A stretch of 64,000 nt of DNA, taken from positions 262,937 through 326,936 of the forward strand of contig JABHZE010000006.1 of assembly GCA_018653485.1 (NCBI GenBank), read 5' to 3'. The stretch is from an archaeon. GTDB lineage: Archaea; Nanobdellota; Nanobdellia; Pacearchaeales; GW2011-AR1. A model generated the notes under the pieces. The model saw only the letters and a program-made list of their open reading frames with translations, made no database searches and was not told the DNA's origin. Shown here in pieces: positions 8,836 through 18,232 of this stretch. Both the position numbers and the translations under genes were made by a program. Position 1 is the stretch's first letter. Each line of letters begins with the position of its first letter.

Positions 8836-9279
8836 TTATTTTGATTCTTTTAGTCTTAATATATATGAGAGTATTACAAATAAAAAGAATATCAATACAA
8901 TTGGAAGTGCAAATAAGAAAAATTTATTTTCAGAAAATTTATCAAAATAGATAATAAATATAATTAAACTAGCAACAAACAGAATACTACTAGAAAATAT
9001 CCCCCTTTTTAATTTATTTTTATCTCCTCTTATAAGAAATTTCCAAAAAAGTAAACTTGGATTACGAATTATTATTAGGGTAACAGGGATATAGAGAACA
9101 ATAGCTACAATAAATGAAATAAAAAGAGAAATTTTTAAAGAGATAAATTCTGGTTTATTAATTAAAGGGGTTAAAGCTATTAAAAAAAATACAAATATTA
9201 GAAAGATTATTGCTAAATAATACATTAATCTTATTGCAAAAGATTTTTGCAATTCTTTTTTAAATTCCTCTTTTTCCAT
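8836..9279 (-). CDS. hypothetical 4-TM membrane protein
   Basis: 147-aa ORF with four hydrophobic helices. No family recognised. Confidence 0.5.
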   Translation of the reverse strand: MEKEEFKKELQKSFAIRLMYYLAIIFLIFVFFLIALTPLINKPEFISLKISLFISFIVAIVLYIPVTLIIIRNPSLLFWKFLIRGDKNKLKRGIFSSSILFVASLIIFIIYFDKFSENKFFLFALPIVLIFFLFVILSYILRLKESK

Positions 9280-9407
9280 GGAAGGATAGGGTAATGAATA
9301 TTTTTAAACCTTACTAAATAATCATTTAACTGTTTATTTTGAAAAAAAGGGGCTATTTTTATTTGTGAAATATGACTGATTTTTAGAGAATAGATTGTTT
9401 ATTTCCT

Positions 9408-9974
9408 CTATTGAGTTCCAAAAAGATTCCTCTTCCCTACCTTGGCTGCTTCTACAATTAAATTTATTCTTTTAATTCTTGTTTCTTTACGTTTTCCACG
9501 CAAAATCCACCTGTAATGCATCTTTTTGATTGAAGGAGGAAAATTATTAAAGTTTTCTTTTGCCTTAGGATTTTTATCTAAAGCAGTTCTTAGTTTATTA
9601 GGCATAGAAGGATTTTTAGGAATTCCTGCATCATGAGTTGGTTTTCGTAAACCTTCTTTATAAAATTTTAATCCAGCAGGAGTCATTCTCCCTTGCTCAA
9701 TCAATTCTTTTCCATAACTAATAGTATTATTACTCCATGTACTATTTTTAGTCCTCTTTGAAAAATTTCTTATGTACTTTTCTTCATCTAATCCTTTAAT
9801 TGTAGTATCTATCCATCCAAAACAAATTGCTTCATCCATTAATTCTCGATGAGAAGGAGATTCTTTTCCAGTATGTTTTTTATAAATAATAACAGAAACC
9901 TTATTTTCATTATCATGATTTTTTACTAACCACTTACGAAAATCCTCTTTTTTGAAAACTATTATCTCTACCAT
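9408..9974 (-). CDS. YdeI/OmpD-associated (OmdA) family protein
   Basis: FRKWLVKNHDNENKVSVIIYKK...EAICFGWIDTTIKGLDEEKYIRNFSKRTKNSTWS matches YdeI/OmdA-type proteins. ATG at 9974 is preferred over the TTG at 9989. Confidence 0.65.
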   Translation of the reverse strand: MVEIIVFKKEDFRKWLVKNHDNENKVSVIIYKKHTGKESPSHRELMDEAICFGWIDTTIKGLDEEKYIRNFSKRTKNSTWSNNTISYGKELIEQGRMTPAGLKFYKEGLRKPTHDAGIPKNPSMPNKLRTALDKNPKAKENFNNFPPSIKKMHYRWILRGKRKETRIKRINLIVEAAKVGKRNLFGTQ

Positions 9975-10000
9975 TAAAAAACTATACAAAAAGGCTTTAT

Positions 10001-10165
10001 TTAAATTCGTCTTTGACCTATAAGAATATCAAAAAGGTTGTTACATATTTTTCCTTCGCAAGCTGGAGTAGGACATGAAGCATTGCACATAAATGGAACA
10101 AAGAGAACTAATAATATAATTACTATGATAATCAACCAAAACCACCACTTTCTTATTATTTTCAT
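10001..10165 (-). CDS. candidate 54-aa membrane-anchored Cys-rich peptide
   Basis: Below the ORF-track size cutoff. ATG..TAA ORF encoding MKIIRKWWFWLIIIVIILLVLFVPFMCNASCPTPACEGKICNNLFDILIGQRRI (TM helix plus 5 Cys). Confidence 0.3.
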   Translation of the reverse strand: MKIIRKWWFWLIIIVIILLVLFVPFMCNASCPTPACEGKICNNLFDILIGQRRI

Positions 10166-10225
10166 AAACAATCTAATAATTCTATCTTTAAAAACATTTC
10201 TTCTCCTAAATAATTAAGAGTTAGT

Positions 10226-10233
10226 TTTATAAA
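10226..10233 (+). promoter_or_regulatory. TATA-box candidate for 10255 CDS
   Basis: tttataaa ends 21 nt upstream of the ATG. The same spacing recurs at several genes in the window and suggests leaderless transcripts. Confidence 0.45.
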
Positions 10234-10254
10234 CTATGATAATTGAGAATTTTT

Positions 10255-10749
10255 ATGGATAAAGAAGAATGTAGTAATCTTAGTGAATTAAAAGAAAAAT
10301 ATCAGGTTTTTCAAGAGAAGTATGATTTGCCTAGTTTTGATGAAATGAATAAGTTATTTGAAATTGAAGATATTGATTCTGAGAGTGATTTTTTGTTAAG
10401 GAGAATAAGGCGAGTTGTTTCTGAGAAGATTGCAGGATATTTGAGATTTGTGGAGATTATATTAAATCCTTCAAATGCTCCTATTTTCTTTTTTAAATTA
10501 GTAAAGAAATTAGATTCTAGTGATAGTGAAATTTTAAAAGAAATTTATGATGTTTTAGGAAAGTTTGAGGTTGAAGTAATTGGATTGGATTTAGATTATA
10601 ATGAAGAAAAAGAAGCTGAATTTATTAATAAGATTTTTAAAATATTTAATGAGGATATAAGGATTAAGTTTTTAGCGATTGTTGAAAAATTAGGTAATGG
10701 TGAAGGTAAGAAGAAGAGTAAAGAGAGTAATGGAAGTTATTTTGGGTAG
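10255..10749 (+). CDS. hypothetical acidic protein
   Basis: 164-aa ORF from the ATG (the track start at 10243 is a TTG). Coiled, acidic and conserved-looking, but no family recognised. Confidence 0.55.
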   Translation: MDKEECSNLSELKEKYQVFQEKYDLPSFDEMNKLFEIEDIDSESDFLLRRIRRVVSEKIAGYLRFVEIILNPSNAPIFFFKLVKKLDSSDSEILKEIYDVLGKFEVEVIGLDLDYNEEKEAEFINKIFKIFNEDIRIKFLAIVEKLGNGEGKKKSKESNGSYFG

Positions 10750-10787
10750 AAATTAATCATTCAATGCTTGAATATCAATTTCAAGAC

Positions 10788-12449
10788 TTATTTGGCTTGA
10801 AGCTCTTGAATATCAATTTCAAGACTTGCTACAGGCATCTTGATTTTATTATTCTTTATTATTAATGGGGTTATTTCTCCGATTATTCCTACTTGTTTGT
10901 TATTGATTATTATTTTCCCACACCTTCCATTAATAAATGAGGGGTTTTCAGTTTCTTTTATTTGGTATTGTAGGTCTAACATTCTCATCATATAATCAAG
11001 GATTTGTTTTAGTTCTGTAAAATTAGCTTTTTCATATGAAAAGGATATGCTTAGGTTTTCAGATTCTTTTATTTCTGTTTTTGCTTTGCAATCATCTTCA
11101 TGACAAAATACTTTTCCTATTTCAAATATTTTTTGAGGATAAGAGGCATCTAGGTTTTCAGATAATATTTTTATTGAATTTGCTAGTAGTGAGTTTCTTA
11201 AAATATTATTTTCTGTTTTAGAATCAATTAATTCAATCATTTTACTTTGAAATTCTTTTATTCCTATTTTTTTGAATTGAGTTTCTTTTGTTGAAATATG
11301 AAATGTAGATATTTCTTGAATTCCTTGTCCTGTAAGAATTTCTGCTATTTTTCTTTTAAGTATTGATAATTTATCTTCTTCTCCAATTGTAGATATTTGA
11401 GGTATTTCTGGATTAAAATTCTCATATCCATAAGCAATTGCTACTTCTTCTGATAAATCAATTTCATGTAAAATATCTGTTCTATATGAAGGTATAAGGG
11501 CAAAATGATTTTTACCTTGTTTGAGATAGCCAATTCCCATTTTTTCAAGATTATTTTTTATTTGCTTTTCAGAAAGATTTAATCCTAATGTTTTGTTTAT
11601 GGTTTCTGGATTGAATTCTAATTTTTCTGGTTCAAGATTTGGAGAAATTGATTTAGGTTTGTCTATTATTTCCATTTGATAAATATCTCCATCCATTTCT
11701 GCTATTGCAGTTACAATCATATTAAGTGTTTTTTGTAAATATTTTGGATGAAATCCTGAACATTCAATAAAAATATCTTTAGTATTTTCATTTACTTTTC
11801 CTGTTTTTTCTGAATTAATTATTGGAGGCATTGAAAGAATTTCATCATTTGCGTCCTTAAAGATGGGGAAAACCTCTGCATCTTTTAGTAAATCTGCATA
11901 TTCTCTCCCAGTTGGATGTTGAGAGAGTATTTGTCTTCCATTAATTTCTTTTGGAAATTCTAATGGTTGGAATTTAATTTTTTCAGGAGGTAGTGCTAAA
12001 AAAGTTATTGGTAATTTTATTTGTTCAAGGGGGTAGATTCCTACTGCTAATTTTTTTCTATTTCTTCCATAACTTCCGTGAAGTTTTTCTTGAATTTCAA
12101 TTAATTCTTTTATTTTATTGCCATCTAATTTAATATTTTTTATAATTGCACAAACTGTAAATGGACGAACTTGTTTTACTGATTTGTCAATAGTTATTTT
12201 GAAATCCTCTTGAGGAGGATTAATTTTGTATTTTTTAATTCCTGGTTTTTTAAGAAATTGAATTAAAGAACGAGATAATCCTTGTAATGATAATAAATCG
12301 GGTCTATTTGGGAATATCTCTACTGAGATTTCATCTTCTGTTGAGGTTTCAACAGGCGTTCCAAACATAGTTATTCTATCTTCTATTTCAGGAGTTATTT
12401 TTCCTATTTTTTCTTCAAGTTGTTTTCTGTTTAGTGTTAAGATTGTCAT
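10788..12449 (-). CDS. pheT: phenylalanine--tRNA ligase beta subunit (archaeal type)
   Basis: 553 aa. N-terminus MTILTLNRKQLEEKIG...EIFPNRPDLLSLQGLSRSL is the archaeal PheT signature. In an operon with pheS. Confidence 0.9.
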   Translation of the reverse strand: MTILTLNRKQLEEKIGKITPEIEDRITMFGTPVETSTEDEISVEIFPNRPDLLSLQGLSRSLIQFLKKPGIKKYKINPPQEDFKITIDKSVKQVRPFTVCAIIKNIKLDGNKIKELIEIQEKLHGSYGRNRKKLAVGIYPLEQIKLPITFLALPPEKIKFQPLEFPKEINGRQILSQHPTGREYADLLKDAEVFPIFKDANDEILSMPPIINSEKTGKVNENTKDIFIECSGFHPKYLQKTLNMIVTAIAEMDGDIYQMEIIDKPKSISPNLEPEKLEFNPETINKTLGLNLSEKQIKNNLEKMGIGYLKQGKNHFALIPSYRTDILHEIDLSEEVAIAYGYENFNPEIPQISTIGEEDKLSILKRKIAEILTGQGIQEISTFHISTKETQFKKIGIKEFQSKMIELIDSKTENNILRNSLLANSIKILSENLDASYPQKIFEIGKVFCHEDDCKAKTEIKESENLSISFSYEKANFTELKQILDYMMRMLDLQYQIKETENPSFINGRCGKIIINNKQVGIIGEITPLIIKNNKIKMPVASLEIDIQELQAK

Positions 12450-12763
12450 TCTTTCTCTCCTTGATAAACTTCTTTATATTTATTGTGACTTTGAGTCATT
12501 TTTCTAATAAATATTTCAGCCATATCAATTCCTTCTTTATTTGCAATTGCTAAAGCAGTATAAAGAACATCTGCAAGTTCATCTTCTATTTCTCTACCAT
12601 CTCCATCAAACTTACTTCTTTTACCACCATATTTAAGATTTAAAGCTCTTGCTAATTCTCCAACTTCTTCAGTTAAACGGGCCATCATTGAAAGAGATTC
12701 CCAATATCCACCATATTGTTTTATTGTTTCATCAACTTTTTTTTGAGCTTCTTTTATTTCCAT
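12446..12763 (-). CDS. MazG-like nucleoside triphosphate pyrophosphohydrolase
   Basis: 105 aa with TEEVGELARAL and EDELADVLYTALAIANKEGIDM (the EExxE/ExxD MazG helices). A 4-nt overlap with pheT, and a 1-nt gap after pheS. Confidence 0.8.
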   Translation of the reverse strand: MEIKEAQKKVDETIKQYGGYWESLSMMARLTEEVGELARALNLKYGGKRSKFDGDGREIEDELADVLYTALAIANKEGIDMAEIFIRKMTQSHNKYKEVYQGEKE

Positions 12764-12764
12764 A

Positions 12765-14306
12765 TTATTTGTCCCATATTTTAATATCTCTTAATTTATT
12801 TAGATCATTTTTATACATGTCTCTTAAATCAGTTATATTAAAGAATTCCATTATTATTCTATCAAAACCAGGGCCCCAGGCTAGAACTGGAATATGTTTT
12901 CCGAAAATTGGGATTGTAACTTCTGGCCTGAACATTCCTGCTCCTCCAAATTCAACCCATTTTTTATGAACTGGATGAAAAACATCTATTTCTAGAGAGG
13001 GTTCTGTATATGGGAAATATCCTGGGCGGATTTTAATTTTTTCATATCCCATTTTTTTAAAGAATAATCTTAAGTATCCTAATAGTTGTGTGAAATTGGC
13101 ATTTTCATCTACTACAATTCCTTCTGTTTGATTGAATTCAAATCCATGACTCCAATCTACTGTTTCATTTCTAAAACATTTTCCTAATGCAAAATATTTT
13201 GCTGGAAATTCTTTATTTTCTGCTATTTTTTTTAATTTTTGAACTGATAGGCAAGTCGTATGGGTTCTTAGAAGTGTTTTTTTAGCATCTTCTTCTTTCC
13301 ATTTATATTGCCAACCTTTGCTTCCTTTAATTTTCCCTTCATGGGCATCTTTTACTAATCCAATAAGTTTCTTATTGTTTTCAGGCAATTTAGATTCTTT
13401 ATTTTTAATAAAAAATGTATCTTGCATTTCTCTTACTGGATGATCTTGCGCTGTAAATAATGAATCAAAATTATAAAATCCTGATTGAATTAAATTTCCT
13501 GTCATTTCTTTAAACCCCATTTCTAGCCAGATTCTTTTGGCGTAATCTGTAGCCTGATTTACAAAATGCCTTTTCCCCCCATAGATTTTTGGAACAGGAC
13601 TTTCTATGTCATATCTTCTGAATTTCTTTCCTTTCCATAATTGATTTTTAATAAGCTCAGGAGTTACTGCTTCAATTAAATCTTTTGAAGGAGTTATATC
13701 TGTTTTTAATAGTTTCTTACCTAATTCTGTTAATTCAAATTCAACACTCTTTTTTTCATTAATATTTATAATGTTTTTTCTTGATTTTAAATTTTCTAAT
13801 GCATATTTTTCTTCAGGTTCTAATTCTTCAGGTTTTTTTGGTAATGTTTCTAAGAATTTTTCTTCAAGAGTTTTTTCTGTTATTTCTTCTACCTTCCCTT
13901 CTAGAATGATATTTCCATTAATTAAATTAATAAGGGCTTTCTTTTTTAAAACTCCTAATGCTACTTTGAATTCGTTATCATTTAATTTAGATTCTTTTTT
14001 AGCATCTCCTATTGAAAGGGATTTTTTATCTACTAATATGTTAATTAATCGTCTTTCAGGAAGTCCTTGATTTAAGTATAATAATCCATTAATTTCTGGT
14101 TCTATTATTTTTTCAGATGTAGAAGATGTTTTGATTAAATCTTTGTTTGATAAGAATTCTAATGCTCTAACAATTGCAGTAGACTCTAGATTTGTTTTTT
14201 CTCTTAAATTATCTAGATTTTTTTCATTAAGAAAGGGAATGATTTTTCTTTCATTAGGACTTAATGATTCTATTAATTTGGTCATGTCTTTTGTTTCTTT
14301 AGGCAT
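12765..14306 (-). CDS. pheS: phenylalanine--tRNA ligase alpha subunit (archaeal type)
   Basis: 513 aa with the class II core: HPVREMQDTFF, LLRTHTTCLSV, CFRNETVDWSHGFEFNQTEG, GAGMFRPEV. Confidence 0.9.
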   Translation of the reverse strand: MPKETKDMTKLIESLSPNERKIIPFLNEKNLDNLREKTNLESTAIVRALEFLSNKDLIKTSSTSEKIIEPEINGLLYLNQGLPERRLINILVDKKSLSIGDAKKESKLNDNEFKVALGVLKKKALINLINGNIILEGKVEEITEKTLEEKFLETLPKKPEELEPEEKYALENLKSRKNIININEKKSVEFELTELGKKLLKTDITPSKDLIEAVTPELIKNQLWKGKKFRRYDIESPVPKIYGGKRHFVNQATDYAKRIWLEMGFKEMTGNLIQSGFYNFDSLFTAQDHPVREMQDTFFIKNKESKLPENNKKLIGLVKDAHEGKIKGSKGWQYKWKEEDAKKTLLRTHTTCLSVQKLKKIAENKEFPAKYFALGKCFRNETVDWSHGFEFNQTEGIVVDENANFTQLLGYLRLFFKKMGYEKIKIRPGYFPYTEPSLEIDVFHPVHKKWVEFGGAGMFRPEVTIPIFGKHIPVLAWGPGFDRIIMEFFNITDLRDMYKNDLNKLRDIKIWDK

Positions 14307-14340
14307 ATTATATAGTGTTTTTTTAATTTTATAAACTTAA

Positions 14341-15402
14341 TCAACTAAAAGCATTTTTAATTAGTCTTTCAGTAGTTTTCCAACTAATACAGGCATCTGT
14401 TTTTGATTGCCCGTAATTATCTCCTTTTCCTTCCTCTAAATAAGATTCAATCATTACACCTCTAATATTTGGATTATTTTGTCTTTGATTAAGTATATTT
14501 TGGAAAACACTTGGTTGTTCTTCATGTTTTTTATGAGAATTTGCATGACTACAATCTATTATTAGATTTTTAGGTAATTCTGCCTTTTCTAGTAATTCTT
14601 CAGATTCTTTAACAGATTCTGAATCATAATTTGGTTTATTTTTTCCACCTCTTAAAACAACATGAGTATAAGGGTTTCCATTTGTTCTGATTATGGAAAT
14701 TCTTCCATTATCATCTATTCCTGGATAATTTTGAGCATGTCTTGCAGAAGTTACTGCATCAACTGCTACATTAACATCCCCAGAAGTGCTATTTTTAAAA
14801 CCCATTGGAATTGTTAATCCTGATACAAATTCTCTATGGGGTTGTGATTCTGTTGTTCTTGCACCTATTGCTCCCCAAGAAATTAAATCTCCAATATAAT
14901 TTGGTATTTCTGGATGTAAAAATTCTGTTGCAATAGGAATTCCTAATTCATTAATTTTTATTAATAAATCTCTTGTTACTTCTAAACCTTTTTGGATTTC
15001 ATAAGAATCATTTCTTTCAGGGTCATAAAGTAATCCTTTCCAACCAATAGTTGTTCTTGGTTTTTCTAAATAAACCCTCATAACTAAAACTGCCTTATCT
15101 TTAACTTGTTCTGATAATTGTTTTAATTTCTGAGCATATTCAATTGCTGCTTGAGGATCATCAATTGAACAAGGGCCTGTAATTATTAAGAATCTATCAT
15201 CTGTTCTATCTAAAATATTTTCAATAACTTTTCTTCCTTGAAGGGTAGTTGCTCTTGCTAAATCTGAGATAGGTATTTTTGTTTTTAATTCTCTTGGTGT
15301 AATAAGTAATTCTTCTCTAACCATTTTGTCTATTCCTCTTGTTTTACCTGAATTTACAGATAGTTCTCTATTTATTAGCTTTTCTAATGTGTTTGGTTTC
15401 AT
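14341..15402 (-). CDS. 3-deoxy-7-phosphoheptulonate (DAHP) synthase, class I-alpha (AroF/G/H-like)
   Basis: 353 aa that aligns along its length with E. coli AroG-type enzymes: ITGPCSIDDP, MRVYLEKPRTTIGWKGLLYDP, SWGAIGARTTESQPHRE, GFKNSTSGD, VLRGG, IDCSHANS. Confidence 0.95.
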   Translation of the reverse strand: MKPNTLEKLINRELSVNSGKTRGIDKMVREELLITPRELKTKIPISDLARATTLQGRKVIENILDRTDDRFLIITGPCSIDDPQAAIEYAQKLKQLSEQVKDKAVLVMRVYLEKPRTTIGWKGLLYDPERNDSYEIQKGLEVTRDLLIKINELGIPIATEFLHPEIPNYIGDLISWGAIGARTTESQPHREFVSGLTIPMGFKNSTSGDVNVAVDAVTSARHAQNYPGIDDNGRISIIRTNGNPYTHVVLRGGKNKPNYDSESVKESEELLEKAELPKNLIIDCSHANSHKKHEEQPSVFQNILNQRQNNPNIRGVMIESYLEEGKGDNYGQSKTDACISWKTTERLIKNAFS

Positions 15403-15477
15403 TTTTGTTTATTTGAGTTAGGCTTTTCAGAATTAGCAAGGATTAATCTTTATTAATAAAAATTAGAGGGAATTTGC

Positions 15478-15567
15478 GTAAATCTGAAAAACAGATTTAC
15501 TATTGAAAGTAAAAATAAAACTCAGTGTTAAAACTAGTAAAATTCTTGTTTGAATTGCTAGTTTTAA
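15478..15567 (-). promoter_or_regulatory. structured leader/upstream region of the DAHP synthase gene (two perfect hairpins)
   Basis: gtaaatctg-aaaaa-cagatttac (15478-15500; 9-bp stem) and ttaaaactag-N20-ctagttttaa (15528-15567; 10-bp stem), within the 232-nt gap upstream of 14341-15402. Confidence 0.35.
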
Positions 15568-15634
15568 TTGTCATGTTAATAAAATGATTGTGGAGTATTT
15601 AAGTTTTTTCAATATTGAGGGTTATTAATAAATT

Positions 15635-15883
15635 TTAATTATGTCGCCCTAATGAAGCAGTATCTATAAAATCAAATTCTTTAACACTTTCTAAATCTAC
15701 TAATTTTGAAGTAATGTCGATTATTTCGACCTTTGTTAAAGGGGGATGAAAATTAAAACCATCTTCATCATTAAGAAATCCTCTAATCTTTCCATTAGAT
15801 CTTGCTCTTTCTGGGATTATTGGGGTTATCTTTTCTAATGTTCCAGGAACATAGGTTACATGTAATAGTGTATAATCTCCCAT
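15635..15883 (-). CDS. hypothetical protein
   Basis: 82-aa ORF. No motif recognised. Confidence 0.4.
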   Translation of the reverse strand: MGDYTLLHVTYVPGTLEKITPIIPERARSNGKIRGFLNDEDGFNFHPPLTKVEIIDITSKLVDLESVKEFDFIDTASLGRHN

Positions 15884-15920
15884 AAAAGTAGATAATTAGG
15901 GGGTTTTAAAATGTTACTAT

Positions 15921-16367
15921 TTAGGCAAATGCTTCTTTTCCTTGTTGTGTTGAAGCACCTAATGTTTGCATAAATGATTGTACTTCTTGTTTTGTTAGAT
16001 TATTTTTAGGGTAAATGATTATGGGGGTTTTTGTTCTTTTACATAGTTTTATGTTTTGAATTATTCTTGAAATGATTATTGCTTTGTCTTTAGAGTTAAG
16101 TTTTGTTATTTTGTTTAAGTCTATTCCTATTTTTATGTTATTTTTTTTTGCAAGTTTGCATAAGATTTCATTTAATCCAGAATCTCTTTGTTTTTGAAAA
16201 TCTTTTCTATCATGTAGTTCAGGGTTTAGAAAAATATCTACATCTTTGTTTTCAAGAATTTTCCTATTAAATTCAGGAGATTGAGCTTGAACTATAATTG
16301 GTTTTTTATTTTTTTTAAGTTCTTGAATTTCTTTTCTTACCTGATTTAGATTTGATGTTGTTATCAT
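15921..16367 (-). CDS. possible RNase P protein component 3 (Rpp30-like), short form
   Basis: 148 aa. The pattern DIFLNPE...RDSGLNEILCKLAKKNNIKIGIDLNKI...IIQNIKLCKRTKTPIIIYPKN...VQSFMQTLG resembles the core of archaeal Rpp30 TIM-barrel proteins. The assignment is tentative. Confidence 0.35.
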   Translation of the reverse strand: MITTSNLNQVRKEIQELKKNKKPIIVQAQSPEFNRKILENKDVDIFLNPELHDRKDFQKQRDSGLNEILCKLAKKNNIKIGIDLNKITKLNSKDKAIIISRIIQNIKLCKRTKTPIIIYPKNNLTKQEVQSFMQTLGASTQQGKEAFA

Positions 16368-16369
16368 AC

Positions 16370-17062
16370 TTAATCCTCTATTCTTGTCCCTATAAAATGT
16401 TTGTCTTCTAAAAGATTTATTAGATTTTTTAAATCTTGTCCAAGAATATATGTTGTTATATTGTATTTTTTAATTAGTTTGGCTGCTTTTTGATCTAAAA
16501 CAAAATGTTGCCCGGGTGTGAATTTTAGCTTATTTGCTATTTTTGAGAAATCTTTATGAGAGATTTCTGGAATAAATTTTGCACTTCTGAATTTCTTAGG
16601 GTTTTTATCATAAAGTCCTTTGACATTTGTTAGATTAATGAAATCTGTGTTTAAGTGATTAGCTAATTTTGCAGAGGTTGTATCTGAGGTTTGATTTGGA
16701 GAGTATCTTAATGCCCCACAAAAAATAATATTATTTCTTTTTAATGATTTTTCTACTGTTTTCATGTCATGAGGAATTCCTTTGCTTGCATCTTTTCCAA
16801 AAAAATAAGTCATAAATCTTGCATTTAATCTTGTGGAAGAGATTCCTAATAATGATTGGAAATACATTTTACTTTGAACATTGGCTCTCTCAATACCTTT
16901 GATATAATTTCTTGCAGTATTTCCTCCTCCGCAAATTATTACAAATTTGTATTTTTTTGTAAGTTTTAAAATTGTTTTCTTAAATTTTTCAAGAAATTCA
17001 ATATCAATTTTATTAGGTATGATTAAACTTCCTCCAAGACTAAGAACAATTGTTTTTTTCAT
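16370..17062 (-). CDS. pyrH: UMP kinase, archaeal type
   Basis: 230 aa with IVLSLGGSLI and ICGGGNTARNY, the amino-acid-kinase fold typical of archaeal PyrH. Confidence 0.85.
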   Translation of the reverse strand: MKKTIVLSLGGSLIIPNKIDIEFLEKFKKTILKLTKKYKFVIICGGGNTARNYIKGIERANVQSKMYFQSLLGISSTRLNARFMTYFFGKDASKGIPHDMKTVEKSLKRNNIIFCGALRYSPNQTSDTTSAKLANHLNTDFINLTNVKGLYDKNPKKFRSAKFIPEISHKDFSKIANKLKFTPGQHFVLDQKAAKLIKKYNITTYILGQDLKNLINLLEDKHFIGTRIED

Positions 17063-17066
17063 TTTT

Positions 17067-17357
17067 TTAAATAGTAAAAAGATTGTTATCTTTTACTTTG
17101 AATATTTTTAATCTTGCTCCTGCATCAATCCATCCATGGGCGTAATTTAGGGCTGCGAAAGCATTTACATAATCTTTGTTTTTTTCAAAATGTTGAGAGT
17201 CAGATAAATAACATTCTACCATTAAAACAATTTCTTTTGCTTGTTTTTCCTTTCCTTTTGCAATTGATTTTTTAGCTATTTTAATTGCTTTGCTAGAAAG
17301 ATTATAATATTTTTTTATTTTTTCTTTTGTTATTTTATTTTTTAATTGAGCTTTCAT
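17067..17357 (-). CDS. DUF357-like protein
   Basis: 96 aa. ECYLSDSQHFEKNKDYVNAFAALNYAHGWIDAGARL matches the DUF357 signature (Y..Ds..f...gd...A.a...Ya.GwlDag). Confidence 0.6.
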   Translation of the reverse strand: MKAQLKNKITKEKIKKYYNLSSKAIKIAKKSIAKGKEKQAKEIVLMVECYLSDSQHFEKNKDYVNAFAALNYAHGWIDAGARLKIFKVKDNNLFTI

Positions 17358-17574
17358 TTTAATTAACTATATTGTTCTAATGATTTGTAAGTTTAAATAT
17401 ATTTTCTAATCTGTTATTTAGGGAAATAGGGTTTGAAATATTGTTTTTTAGATATTCATCATTAAGTTACCTAAATTGTTTAAAAAAGAAATTTGTTATT
17501 ATAATTACCAAAAAGGGGAATAGGGGAGTTTTTCTCCCCTCCTTTTTTAAATTAGAGGTAAAAAATCCTTGATA

Positions 17575-18231
17575 TTATGGTTTTTTAATGAGATTATAAG
17601 GAGTTATTTTATTTATTATAAATTTTGAGCCTATGAATTCTGAAGTCACTGCAGAGATTATTAAATCATCTACTGCTGCCTTTAATATTCCTCCGACTAC
17701 AGGAATATTAGATTGCTCTGAAAAGTTATTGATTATTTTACTTATATCTTCTTGAGAAAGAATTAATCGTGTTGCATTTATCTTATTATATCTTTTAACT
17801 AAAATATTTTTTCCAGGCCCTGGACATTCAAGTGATTGAATTGTTTTATCTTTTAATAATTGTTTGATTTTCTCTATTGGAGGGAGATTTTGTTGTATTT
17901 TAATTGTTTGAGGTTTAACAGGCCTTGTTAATGATTTTATATGGGATGGAACTCTTGAGGTTTTTGGAATAAATCTTTTTTTAAGTTGTGCAGGAGGTCT
18001 ATCAATTGGTTTTGTTTTTATGATAGGATAATGGGGTTGCTTTAATATTTGTGTTTGAGCTATTTTTTCAAAAGTTTTTTCAGGAGGTTCTAATGGTTCT
18101 AAGAATTTTTGTTTTAATTTTTCTATTTCTACTCTTTTTTTAGTCTTATGTTTTTTTGAAAGTGTTAAAATTATTTCTTGTGTAAACTTTCTTAAAAATA
18201 TAATTCTTGCAGAATCAGTTATTTGAGGCAT
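17575..18231 (-). CDS. Pro/Lys-rich protein ending in a stand-alone T2SS/FlaI-ATPase N-terminal-like domain
   Basis: The C-terminal ~90 aa (IQSLECPGPGKNILVKRYNKINATRLILSQEDISKIINNFSEQSNIPVVGGILKAAVDDLIISAVTSEFIGSKFIINK) resemble the N-domain of FlaI/PilB/VirB11-type ATPases. The protein stops where the ATPase core would begin. Confidence 0.45.
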   Translation of the reverse strand: MPQITDSARIIFLRKFTQEIILTLSKKHKTKKRVEIEKLKQKFLEPLEPPEKTFEKIAQTQILKQPHYPIIKTKPIDRPPAQLKKRFIPKTSRVPSHIKSLTRPVKPQTIKIQQNLPPIEKIKQLLKDKTIQSLECPGPGKNILVKRYNKINATRLILSQEDISKIINNFSEQSNIPVVGGILKAAVDDLIISAVTSEFIGSKFIINKITPYNLIKKP

Positions 18232-18232
18232 T

